Source: Eledone cirrhosa | Taxonomy: Eukaryota | Assembly: GCA_964016885.1 (NCBI GenBank) | Contig: OZ024747.1 | Location: 33,976,001 to 34,040,000, forward strand | Length of the DNA stretch: 64,000 nt | Direction of reading: 5' to 3' | Part shown: in pieces, positions 12,270 to 24,720 of the stretch | How positions within the stretch are numbered: the first letter of the stretch is position 1 | How the letters are laid out: each line of letters begins with the position of its first letter | Position numbers and translations under genes: made by a program | Notes under the pieces: generated by a model | The model's input: only the letters and a program-made list of their open reading frames with translations | Told to the model about the DNA's origin: nothing | Database searches by the model: none

Positions 12270-12500
12270 CAACCTGCTTACAAAATTAACGTGCAACTGG
12301 CTGAGCATTCCACAAATAATTTGACACGACTGGCCCTTTGAATTACAGGTCCAACTAATTTTTACCAGCTGAGTGGACTAGAACAATGTGAAATAAAGTG
12401 AGTTGCCTATGGACACTGTGTGCTACTGAGAATCAAATTCATGACCTTACAATACAACCTTGTGCTGAATACCCTCACCCCAATGACATGCACCTTCATT
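12270..12500 (-). mobile_element. Old CORE-like SINE
   Basis: cagctgagtggactagaacaatgtgaaataaagtg shared with the 1840-1880 region. Confidence 0.55.
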
Positions 12501-13789
12501 CATATTGATGATATATATATATATAACATAGTTTAATGTCTATTTTTCCATGCTTGCATGGGTTAAACAGGTTGTCAAAATATGAAAGAAGTCAGGACAG
12601 GTGACCATGCTGCTCATATGAATCTGTATTTTGGTTTGGTTTCTATTGTTGGATGCCTTACCTACACCCCTCCCCACACACACATATATATATGCACATA
12701 TAAACGTGTGTGTATGAAACGCTTTGTACTACTTCAATATACCATAACCATTCACAAGTTATTAATCAGTGTGAAAGTATAGAAAAAAAAAATCATTTGT
12801 CAATGGTGTTGCACAATGGGATAGAACCTGAGATCTCATGCATGTGAAGTGAATTTCTTATTCGCTTAACCACAACAATTCATCCTAACAATTTGTACTC
12901 TTATATCAATGAAAACAACATTACCATTTTATCATCCATAGTAGTGTGGGACAAATTTGTCAGCATAATACTGTATGGTATGTGGGAGGGGATTAGGGAA
13001 GAGCTCTTGAGGAAAAAGAGCAGTGAATTGGAAAATATTCAGAAAAAACTGGCCTTGCATTTTTGTGTGTATATCTGTGTTTGTGGGCGAGGTAATAAAT
13101 GTACACCCACACATACATAATCCCACATATTCATACATAAACAGTACTGTATTATGCCACAGATGTTTGTCTTGTAAAATATCAAAGTGTAATTTACTGG
13201 ATAGTGCTTTAGAAGAATCAGTAGAGAAATATGTAAGACAAAAAAGAAAATTTAATGAGCATTTAAAAGGTTTCTTGATTTTTGAAAAAAATAAAATGGT
13301 TCCATTAATATTTTTCCACTTCCATCTTTGATATTCCAAATGAAGTAATGAATGTGCTACAGCGAATGAAACAATTTAAATTTCTAATTTAAATGATAGT
13401 TCTATTGATAACAGTTTTTTAAATTATTTTGTTGTTGTTTGTTATGTTGCAAGTTAGTAAACCCTAATCTAGAAGACACATGATGAAAAATATTTCAGCT
13501 ATGACCATTTCATAATTTTCTTTTGTCTTCTTTTGTTTTTTTTTTCAGAATAGTGTATAAAATGTCATACCTGTTTGTGAAATGCAGGATACATAGTTGC
13601 TATTTCTAGCAGATTGAATAATCCTGTAGACCCATCATCGAAATACTTAAGGAAGAAGATGGCAGAATTAACAAACTGAATTGGAATATTTAGCTGCCTT
13701 GTACACACCAGTTTCAATGATACTCCCCACATATGGTATGGGGTTTTTATTTTTCTTTGCTTTTTCTACCACTACTGTTGTGACATTTA

Positions 13790-14040
13790 TTCTTCAGGGC
13801 TTATCCCAGTTTCTATGGCATCAAGTGATTGTACAATACTCTCTCTAGACAGTATGCCAAAACACCATGGGGTTAATCGCCCAGCTACTGCTGGTACTTA
13901 TTTACAACAAAGTATACTGGAGTAACGTGAAATGAAGTGTTTTACTCAAGATCACAACACACAACCCTGTCAAGGAATCGAACAGACAACATTTTGATCA
14001 TAGGCCCAATACACTTACCACTAGACCATGTGCCTTCACA
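13790..14040 (-). mobile_element. Old CORE-like SINE
   Basis: Minus tRNA-like head ggcacatggtctagtggtaagtg...gttcgattcc; gtgaaatgaagtgttttactcaag. Confidence 0.55.
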
Positions 14041-14689
14041 TACATGTCACGTCCACGTAAGCAATCCCACATTATGTCAACAATGAAATATTTCAAGTTC
14101 ATCCCTAGATTCAGAACTAAACATTATCTGCCTTCCTTTCCAGAAGATCCACTTTCTGGGCTTTCTCTTCCTATTCTGTGTTTTAACAATAGTTGACAAC
14201 TTGCAACTCTATAGCAAAATTAACCAGTTTCTTTTGTGATGATAATGGATCCAGTCCCTTCCTCAAGCAACCCTACACCATGCTAATATATTTACCTTGT
14301 AATAATATGTTGGTAAAGATATCCAAGGTATAAACCACTCAAGTGAGTTTAAATAAAATGATTAAGGCCAGTCAATACAACAGGCCATACCAGATACATA
14401 CTGGTTCATTTTCATCGGCACTAGGTGAAAATGTTGGTCCACAGAACTAAAGAAAGGTATGTATCTGGTATGGCACCATGGTAGAAACTGGCCCTAATAA
14501 TTATGTATCATCATCATTATCATCATCTAACGTCTATCTTCTATCATGCTAGCATGGGTTTAGACAGGAATTGTCCTACTTGAGGCAAGATTGGTCGGGT
14601 GACCATGTCTCGCTCGTATAGGACTGTCTGGTAGGTTTTCTATGGCTGGATGCCCTTCCTAACACCAACCATATTTACAGTGTGGACTG

Positions 14690-14728
<39 letters not shown>

Positions 14729-14729
14729 G

Positions 14730-14960
14730 TTATATTTATTTTGTTGGGATACAACAAGCAAAATATTTTTATAACTGATATAAAGCACTAAACAAATTAT
14801 TGGAGTATATATACAATATATTAACAAATGGAAACTATATTTATAAAACCATATTTATTTCATTATTCATATTTCAAGGGCCACCAAGGCAAAATATGGT
14901 GTGCTTTCATCAGATAAAATATAATATAGGTTAGTTTTATAAATAAATATTGACATACCC
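14730..14960 (-). mobile_element. Diverged relative of family E with a hammerhead-like core at ~14865-14918
   Basis: Minus: ttttat CTGATGA aagcaCACCA-loop-TGGTGgccctt GAAA tatg; shares aatatattaacaaatg and tgacatacc with 2255-2400. Confidence 0.5.
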
Positions 14961-15056
14961 TGAAAAAATGCAACTATTCTGGTTGGAATCTCCTGGATAG
15001 GAGAAATGAAATCTCGTTTCATTTTTTACGTTTATATATATATATATATATGAACG

Positions 15057-15096
<40 letters not shown>

Positions 15097-15100
<4 letters not shown>

Positions 15101-15592
15101 GGAAAAAATGAAACGAAATTTCATTTCTCACTCTTAGTACGGCTGCTACTTAAATATAAGTATGTATACGTACATACATATATGTATATAGACGTACAGT
15201 AGTATGTATATATTTATATACATACATGCACACATATATATATGTACGTATGGCCTCACCGAACATTTATTATAATGCTCGGTGTGTTTGTAAACAAACA
15301 TCCCGAATTCAGACGTTCAATTATCTGGCAGGAAGGTATACGTTGCTGACGATAGCTAATAAGCTTGAAACTAGTACAGCGTTCCTTTGTCAGTGTTGAA
15401 CAAATTTTCAACGATGGTTGCTAGACACTGTACGGCTTAATTCGGGATGTTTGTTTACAAACACACCTAACATTATAATAAATGTTCGGTGAATCTATAC
15501 GTACATATATATATATGTGTGCATGTATGTATATATATATACATACTACTGTACGTTTGTATACATATATGTATGAACGTATACATACTTAT
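15097..15592. mobile_element. Family A fold-back copy 2
   Basis: Same outer ends as 527-1512 (aaacggaaaaaatgaaacgaaat; atacatacttatat) but a different internal inversion point (~15309). Confidence 0.8.
15341..15381 (+). ncRNA. Minimal type I hammerhead ribozyme (family A)
   Basis: cgttg CTGACGA tAGCT-aata-AGCTt GAAA CTAG TA cagcg; predicted GUA cleavage after 15376. Confidence 0.8.
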
Positions 15593-15599
15593 ATATATA

Positions 15600-16076
15600 T
15601 ATATAAAGTTGTATTCCTGTCTGCTTGTTTGTTTGTTCACGAACTTCTATGGTTTTGGAGATAGAATCCCATAACCATATATATTGTGAAATTACTTGCC
15701 CAGGGTACTTATCAAAGGGTTCCCCGGGGGCACAAACCCCCACTGAAAACCGCCGCTGAAATTGTTTTCCCTTCGATTTATATGAAATTTAAACCATAGG
15801 TAAATGACAAGATGTGATGCCTATTCACAAAAGTTTTGAATTGATATTTTGAAAAAAATTATTTACAAGAAACAAAATAAGAATAAGATTTAATAATGTA
15901 ATTTTGATTTGATATATTACAAAAATGTTTTCGAATTTTTCATCCATTACATTTTATATTGAGTAATATTGAAATGCAGAGTTTTTCTCCATAATTATAT
16001 CACTGATTTAAAATCAATCATCATTCTCTTACAAAAAAATGTGTGAAACGCAGCAAGGCGCGGGTAATTCAGCTAG
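15600..16076 (+). mobile_element. Non-autonomous Helitron
   Basis: 5' tatataaa followed by (tgtt)n; 3' gcaaggcgcgggtaattcagCTAG|t, a typical Helitron terminus. Confidence 0.7.
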
Positions 16077-16399
16077 TATATATATATGTGTGTGTTTGTG
16101 TAGAATGCCATTGTAAATCTGGAAGTGGTCACTGTTAAAAAAGGCACTCAATATGTTAGTAGAGTATAGGCATATTCATTTTATTATAGAAATGATCTCT
16201 ACCAGAATAGTACTTTTTCCTTCATAAGAAATGATCAGTCCTGATGATTTCTTACAAATGAAACAGCTCTAGTCCTATGATAAAATGTATGTGTGTGTGG
16301 GTGCGTGTGTTTGTATAAAAAAATATCGGTAGGTGTGAAAAAGGAAAAATAAAACATTTTTTTTTTTTGTACATGCATCCATTCATTCATTTGCTAACA

Positions 16400-19300
16400 T
16401 TCTACCTTCTTGTGTGTCCCCCTCCATGCACCCCTCCTTTTCTTTCTTGTCTTCTGATGCCTCCATATCTGATGTAGATGAGCTATGAGGCCCTCTTACC
16501 AGCACTTTCCCTTCCACCCACACATGCCAGCCACTCACCCCCGATGCCGCTCAGTTCCCCAGTACCCGGCCCCATGCCCAAACCTCCATCCCCACAAGCC
16601 GACACCAACAGCACTTGCAGCATCACGAACAGACGGAAGAGAGGCCGGAACTGTTCAAGGTGCGGCTGCTTCCACCACATCACCTGTGTTAGCTTGACAC
16701 GTCAAGATTCCAGTGCCCTCGCAGCGTGGAGATACAGAAACTGTCTCTTCCTCTCATCTGCCTAGCTACGGCCGTCTGGCACACCACCAGATGAGACAGT
16801 GAGCTTGCCTGACGACCAAGCGTCGCTGGTCAACATCGATTGGCTCCGGAAGATCCCACTCAGGATCCCGAGAGCGGCCCAGGTGCCGGTAGCCGATGCC
16901 CTCACTTCCTCGATTGAGCCAGCGACTGGGAACGACTATTTTTTTTCGCCCCACTGCGTCCTCGGCCTCTCCAGCTCTGGCGCTGAACGAGGCGGTTGGT
17001 CGACAGCAACCTTTGTCAAGGCCAATTTTTCGTCCTTTGTGCAAGCGCCCATTCCACGCGTCCCTAGGGACGCCACCCACCCCACCCTTCGGTATCCCCA
17101 ATCCTCCACCCTTGAGGCCAGTGCCAAGCGTTTCCATAACCGCGTAAATACCAAATTAATCATGGGTGATGTCTCGGCCAGTCAGAGTGGTTCCCTCAGA
17201 GGACAGTGTCCTCCAACCCACCAAGGAGGTCCTGGCCGCCCTGCGACTCAAGAACCCTGAGCCACCCACTGATCTCAGACCCATACCCCTACCCGATTGC
17301 CACTTGCTCCTTGTGGCTTCTGATGCAGACATCATGTCCAAAATCATGTCCTTCCCAACAAGTAGAAGCAGAGGTGCTGATGGTCTCCTACCAGGCCACC
17401 TCAAGGAGTTGCTATCCCCCATCTCCGCTGAGGCCGGGAGCTGCCTTCTGAGTGCAATTGTGGCACTCACCAATAGGCTTATCCATGGCGCCCTGGACCT
17501 TCACACCCGAGGCTTCCTTTTTCTGGAAGAAAGAGGGTGGCAGATGCCCCATTGCTGGGAGCAATGTCTTCAGGAGGCTGGCTGCCAAGGCGGTCTTCCG
17601 ATCCATAACACCCGAACTGGGTGAGGAGTTCAGTCCGGTGCAACTGGGTGTCGGTGTGTCCGGTGGCTGTGAGGGGACTGCATATGCAACCAGGTAGTTC
17701 TTCAAAAGCTGCCCACTGGCATCGGTATCCAGGGACTCCAGGCACCTTAATGTCAAGCTTGACATGAGGAATGCCTATAACTGCTTACGCCGGAACCATC
17801 TGCTCGATGCCTGCTTCAGCCGAGCCCCTTTGCTACTCGCTGGCCTACCTGTCATATGGAGCCCCGAGCATACTCCTTGCTGCTGATACGGTCATAACTT
17901 AGGCCACTAGGGTCCAATAGGGCGACGCTTTGGGCCGCCTCCTGTTTGCTCTTGGTATAGACCACATCGCTTGGAGTATGATGGCCCCTCTCAATCTTTG
18001 GTATCTGAATGATGCTATGTTGAGCGGGCCCCTACAGACTGTCTGCCATGACCTAAAATCGGTGGTTCCTACCCTGGTGGGAATTGGCCTCCAGCTCAAC
18101 TCGGCTAGGTCGGTGGTGGTGAATGTCAGCCACAATGCTGAGTGGTGAATGTCAGCCACAATGCTGAGAGCTTTGCAGCCTCCATCTCGGATGTACAGTC
18201 CATTCTCCACCAGGTACAGGTGACCCCAAAAAGGATGTCCTCATCCTCGGGTCACCAATCCACCCGCTCCACCTTCAGGTCCAGGCTTCAACAACTTCAG
18301 ACCCTCACGAGCCGACTGGGCTTAATCGACAGCCACACAGCTCTATTTCTGTTAAGGAACTGCTTTGCCATGCCGAAGCTGCTCTATACCCTTTGCAGCG
18401 CTCCGTGCTACACCCACACATCTCTCCTCACTGACCCCGGTACTTGTATTCAAGCAGCAGCCGAGAAGATATGCAACGTCAGGTTTGATGACATTGGATG
18501 GCAACAGGACACTTTACCTGTCAGGTATGGCGGCCTTGGCCTCCGGTCCACGATCTCACTGGCTTTGCCAGCATAACTTTCATCGGTAACCTCATGCCAC
18601 ATCCTCATCAGCAGGGTTCTCCAAAACACAATAGAACCGTCTATGTTCAGAGAAAGTGAGGCCGTCTGTAAAACATGGGATTGGCTGGGACTTAGCCCAG
18701 TAGACATCCCTCCTCCTTCTCCCCCTGCTCACGTTACGTCCCCCCAAAGCACTTGGGATACCATCCAGTGCAAGCCTGGCTTCAGACAGGATCCGCGCCA
18801 GCTCGGCCAGCACCGCCTTGCCTGTTTTAGTGTGGCTTCCAAACCCCACATTGGTGCCTGGCTTCATGCCCTGCCCTCATTCTCCACTGGAATGCAGCTA
18901 GACAAAAATAGCCTGTACATTGGCGTTTCCTTGTGGCTAGGCCTCTGGATATGTGAGCCACACCAATATCGCTGTGGATCCACCGTGGACTCTTTCGGCC
19001 TCCACCCGCATTCCTGTCACCACAGTGCCGGTCATCTTCCACGACATGCTGCCCTCAACGAGGTTATAAAGCATGGCTTGGACGCTGCAGGATTCCCTTC
19101 CCAGCTCGAGCCGGTGGGGCTGGAACAAAGGGAGAGCAAAAGACCAGATGGCATGACCATCTTCCCGTTCCGCAGTGACAAACCTCTCATCTGGGATGCC
19201 ACTTGCACCGACACTTTCTGCGGCCGCAAACTGGTGCAGTCTGCGACTAACGCAGGTTCTGCTGCACGTCAGGCTGAGGAGGCCAAACTCCTTAAATAGC

Positions 19301-19595
19301 AGTCGCTCTCTGACAGGTTAGCGGTTGTACCCTTGGCAGTGGAGACTTCTGGTGTCCTCAGCCCTAGGGCTACCTCTCTACTCACCACCATAGGTGCTGA
19401 GCTGGCCAACCGCAGGTGTGAGCCCCGCGAGTTTGAGTGGCTTTTCCAGCGCGTCTCTGGGGAAACGCTTTCACAAACCGCCGGGTTTGTGCAGAGACAA
19501 GCCGATTATATTACAAATTCTGTTGAATAGTCCTATATATTGTGTAGTCACATACTTTTATATAGTTGTCATTACCAAACTATTGTTGAAAAAAA
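16400..19595 (+). mobile_element. CRE-clade RLE non-LTR retrotransposon, near full length, frameshifted
   Basis: PHD-like CSRCGCFHHITC; RT motifs PIAGSNVFRRLAAK, QLGVGVSGGCE, KLDMRNAYN, GVQ*GDALG, WYLND; CCHC-like RCG..H..SC..RH; RLE KRPDG..WDATCTDT; AVETSG; 3' A-rich end. Confidence 0.85.
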
Positions 19596-19869
19596 TTCAT
19601 TTTTATTTCAATGTGGTTTATAGTTACCTATACTTTAGAACACATTTATTCAGAATAATGCCAATGACAGTATTACACTGGTGTCATCTATATCAGTGTT
19701 TCTCGGCGGTCTATAGCTCTCTTGGGAGACATAATACTAGGTCCAAGGGGAATAGGCTGATAAATTATGTCACAATTTTGATCCCTTTAACAATCTGAAG
19801 ATATGGTCAATATTGTGCCTTGGAACCTTTGGTAGTGCTTTTGTTCCATGTAGTACACACACATATGTG

Positions 19870-20000
<131 letters not shown>

Positions 20001-20329
20001 TCATGCCCTGTAGCTAATGCTATCAACTATGTCGTACTTCCAAAATTGTCTGACTTACTGTTTAAGTTTTGAGGAAAATGATTATTTGCATTAGATATTT
20101 ATTGTTTGTATGAATTTATAAAATGTTTAGTAACTGAAGAGAATCATTTTGTTTGAAATATTTCCCTTTTGGGAAAAGGCCAATTGAATTATTTGTAACT
20201 TTCTGACACAATAAATAAAAGTTTTCAAATATGACGATGTAAATATATTAGTTGAAGAAGTGAAATTTATCAAGAATGTAGCTGCTTTTCTTTACCAGAG
20301 AATGGTTGTGATATATTACAATAAATAAC

Positions 20330-21090
20330 AAATGACAACAGTAATGTTGAGGAAGACAACAGTGGCAAGAATAGCGTTAGTAAATGAATCTTTCATTTGG
20401 TTTAGCAATCTCATAGAGAGCAGCAGTTGGCACTCTAATGGCATGATAGTGGGTAGAGAGTGAAAGTGTCTACAAGGGATCTGCAGCAACATTTTTGTGC
20501 CTGACAGATCCAGAGGTTGAGCCTCAGGGAAATACCAATGCATAAACTTTTGCTCTCCAGCTGAGCGCCAAGTGAGAGCAAGTGTACAGCATTAAACCAG
20601 GCACTCATAATGGGTTGGGAGACCAAGCGAAAAAATGCCATTCAGTGCTGGTCAAACCAAACCCACTAGCCTATCTGAGGACATGTACAGGAAGATGTCT
20701 AATTTGCTTTGGTGGGTTGGGGAATCTATAGAGACAAGAGGCCCAGCTAGTTCTAAGTTGAGATGGGTAACCTGGCATTCCCTAATCAGCATTGGTTCTG
20801 TTGTGTTGCCGAGAACGTTGTGGATAAGGTCATGGCTAAAGGTCACCAATGAAAGAAATGCTGACAAAGCAAATCTGACTGGTGACCAGAGACTGAGTTC
20901 ACCATATCTGATGGATTGATGCCATCCAGTGTCATTAATTGGGATGTTGCATATCACCTCACGAGCCCTTTGGATACAGGATTCAAGATCTGTGAGGAGA
21001 GATGTGTGACTGTGGCAGGGAGCACAGTGGAATGAAAATAGAAACTTAGGTATGACAAAGCAGTTAAAATAATGTTTCGTAGCTTTTGCC
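20330..21090 (-). mobile_element. Older CRE-like fragment
   Basis: NCFVIPKFLFS..APC...GWHQ..IRYGEL; SAWFNA..SLGAQLE..IGISLRL; homologous to 18330-19050. Confidence 0.75.
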
Positions 21091-21399
21091 TGAGCTATGA
21101 AAACACTCATTTTGTCCGTTCCCATACCTCTTATCTTACATTTGTATTGCCTCAGGAACATAACATTTTTAAATAATGTTGCTGTATAATGAAATCAGGT
21201 GACTGGTTATGTGATGGAAAAATCACTTGTAACGATTGTCCTTGAAATATTTATCACAGCCTTATCAATAAAGGACTCTTTAACATCTACAACAAACTTT
21301 ACGTATTCTTTATTCTAAATATACTCCATCATTCTTATTTGGAAGAAGTAACATCATGTTGTGTGCTTGAATTGAATTGCATCAATGTTTACTGTAGGA

Positions 21400-21902
21400 A
21401 TATATGTATATATAAATTAAATATACATATACATACATATACAAATATATACATACATGTACATACATATACATATTTATACATACATGTACAGACATAT
21501 ACATACCTGTACATACATATATTTATACATACATGTACATATATGTAAATACGTATACATATATATAGATAGATACATATATATATATATACAGTTATAT
21601 ACATACATATACATACATACACATATATATATACATATACATATATATATACATATACATATATATCCATATAATTATATATATATATATACATATATAT
21701 CCATAAACATATATATATATATATATATACATATATATCCATAAACATATATATATATATATACATTTACATATATATGTACATATATATGTATATGTAT
21801 ATATACATATATATATATATACACATATATACATATATATACATGTACATATATATAGATATATATACATATAAATACATACACATATGTCCATATATTT
21901 AT

Positions 21903-21936
<34 letters not shown>

Positions 21937-21982
21937 GTACATATATATACATATATGTACATATATATATACATATACATAC

Positions 21983-22028
<46 letters not shown>

Positions 22029-22050
22029 GTATAAATATATTTCTGTGTGT
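21400..22050. repeat. Degenerate (TA)n/(TACA)n low-complexity tract
   Basis: Seen directly. Confidence 0.95.
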
Positions 22051-22394
22051 GTGTATGAAATAATCAAGAAATTAATATAGAAATTATTACACATACATTC
22101 ATGTAAATCATGAAATAACATCTTAGAATATTCAAGTAATTTGAGTGAAGTTATAATGCAGGATTAAATTTCAGCTTTCAATTAAATTAAAATTTTACAT
22201 TTACTTAACCTGTATTCAACTACTGTTTATCTTAGTAATGTATAGATATAGTAATAAATGCATGTAATCCATTAAGCTATGAAGGAAGATTTCATTTATC
22301 AAATATTTTCCAAGCATATATGTTGTGTCAAGAAGAAAAATATTTATTTATAATAATTTGAATTAGATTTGCATTATTAAAATCTCTCTCTCTG

Positions 22395-22464
<70 letters not shown>

Positions 22465-22466
<2 letters not shown>

Positions 22467-22870
22467 TCATCATCATCATCATCATTTTATGTCCGCTTTT
22501 CCCTGCTTGCAAGGGCGGGACAGGTCTTATTTAGCACAGCATCTCTCCACTTGTCACGGTCCTTCGTCATCTCCACTATGAGCTTCAGCAATCTGAGGTC
22601 TGTTCTCACCAGGTCCGCCCATGTTTTTCGTGGTCTACCTCTACCATGTCTTCCTCCAACTGGCATTTCCTGGCACTTCTTCACCCATCGGACATCCTCC
22701 ATGTCCATACCACTGCAGTCTCCTCTCTCACACACTACATTCTATCCCTCTCAGACACAGTTTCTCTCTCAACACATCCATACTGGGTGGTTCACACACA
22801 TTGACATTGCACATCCAACGGAGCATACTTGCCTCATTTCTATCCAGCCGTCGCATTTCCTCTGCAGTTG
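22465..22870 (-). mobile_element. RTE LINE 3' end
   Basis: RRLDRNEASMLRW...GRGRPRKTW...WRDAV; (gat)n tail into (TA)n. Confidence 0.85.
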
Positions 22871-23215
22871 CTATAGAAATTCCAAACCTGGAAGTACGGT
22901 CTAGAAGCTAAGTGACTTATAGTCAAACTGACAAAAACTAAGGTCTTAGTAAGTAGAAGAGCAAACAGAGGCCTGATCCCCCTGGGGAAATGCCCTTGCT
23001 CAGTGTGTAGGAAAGGTGTGGGTAGAAATTCTATGAGAATGGGATGGAAGAAGTTCAGAAAAGCTACTACCACTGCTAGCAGCAAAAGGCTTTTATCCCA
23101 AATGAAAGACAGACTGTATGATGCATGCATATTCACAACAATTTTGCATGGTGTATGCAGACGACTTGCTAAGGTTGGGAAGAAATGAAGCTAGCATGAA
23201 CTGATGGATAAGTAA
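22871..23215 (+). mobile_element. RTE fragment in opposite orientation, internally deleted
   Basis: KFQTWKYGLE..KTKVLV; CSVCRKGVGRNS fused directly to RMGWKKFR. Confidence 0.75.
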
Positions 23216-23689
23216 TAGTAATATCATTTTAATAAATATCATCATATGTCCATAATAATATTTATTAAAATTCTGACAAATGTGTTAATTTTGCAGAACA
23301 TGATTAATTTTTATTAAAACCAACTACATATTTTACACCCCTTCACGGGAATAATAAGACACTATAACAATTGTAGATAGTTATATTAGTTTGTGAACAG
23401 GACAATATATGCTATCTAATATAACATTAAAATAATCTTGCATGGTTGAAAATAAATGTTACTGAAAGTGATTGTGATAACATAACATCCAAGGGAATAT
23501 TCCTTTTAAGAAAATTTATGAAGTTTTAAATATATCAGCGAAAACTAACAAAATCATTCTCCAAGAACTTAACACATCCTCACAGGCAGTCAACACAACA
23601 ACGACTGTTCATGCCTTTGCTCTACATAGCAGGAACGAGAAGCAGCAAATAGTAACAAAGTGAGGCATTATTTTTAAGTAAGATCAATC

Positions 23690-24030
23690 TGACTAGCATA
23701 AATTACTTACATATGAACCTAGACACACAAAATCAGACCTTTCCACAAACTCAATGAAAAATGGATTATATACACAAGGACTCATTCCATCCACCTCTGG
23801 TCTTTAACAACTTCATCAAAAACATCAGCACTAGGATCTCGAATCCTTCTTCTAACAAAGCCATATTTGACAGAGTGGCACCTGACTATAACGCCATATT
23901 AGATAACAGTAGATTCTCCGATAACATTTCTTATTCCTCTCCTAATCACACTAGCAGAAGAAAGAAAACTAGAAACAGAAAAAAATAATTTGGTTCTGCT
24001 TACCCTTCTCATATGGAGTTAGAACAAATG
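23690..24030 (+). mobile_element. PLE RT/thumb fragment
   Basis: YIHKDSFHPP..IKNISTRISNPSSNKAIF...YNAIL..RNRKK.IWF; homologous to 45671-46633. Confidence 0.75.
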
Positions 24031-24298
24031 TATGTTTTGTATATAACTAAAATGAATTAAATCAGAACCAGGAACTTTCAGATTTAGTATCCTTCTGGTA
24101 AATATTTTACAACCAGCAAAACTGAACCTTCTTTTATGCATTCAGTATATGATTTAAACTATTTCGAACACTCAACAATTTAAAGTTGAGTGGTTGGTGA
24201 CTAAGCTGCCCCCCCCCCCCTCCCTCCTCAAGACTTTGGTACAGTGAGGAGAGTAAGTGGATCCCAGCAGTATTAATATAGTTGATAAAGGGGCAGAT

Positions 24299-24720
24299 GA
24301 ACTCCTCAGAGTCAACGGCCGTTCAATCCAACTATGAGTTATATAGGTTCACCAATCCACAATCGGCCAGGTATGGTGAGTAAGGTTACACCCCTGTTGT
24401 GACCAAAACCAAACATAAAGTGGTGTAGATCAATCAAGGAGGGGTTCCTCCAATGGAAGTGAGAAGGTCCTAGATTGAATTGAATATCAATTCATAATTA
24501 ATTCCACCACCTAGGAAAACACTAGATTTCTGACCACATAGTGATAATCTTTGTGTTTATATATTTAGGATACGGTTTCTGCTATTTATAGAATATTTGC
24601 TGTTTGATTTTTGTCATGTCTTCAGAGGTGTAACCGTAGTCACTGTGCTTGGCCAATTGCGGGTTGGTAAAGCTATTTAACCCACAGTTGGAGTGGATGG
24701 CCGTTGACTCTAAGGAACTA
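24299..24720. repeat. Degenerate inverted repeat (~120-bp arms), MITE-like or fold-back
   Basis: gagtcaacggccgttcaatccaact at 24309 versus agttggagtggatggccgttgactc at ~24687; partial copy at ~25950-26035. Confidence 0.55.
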
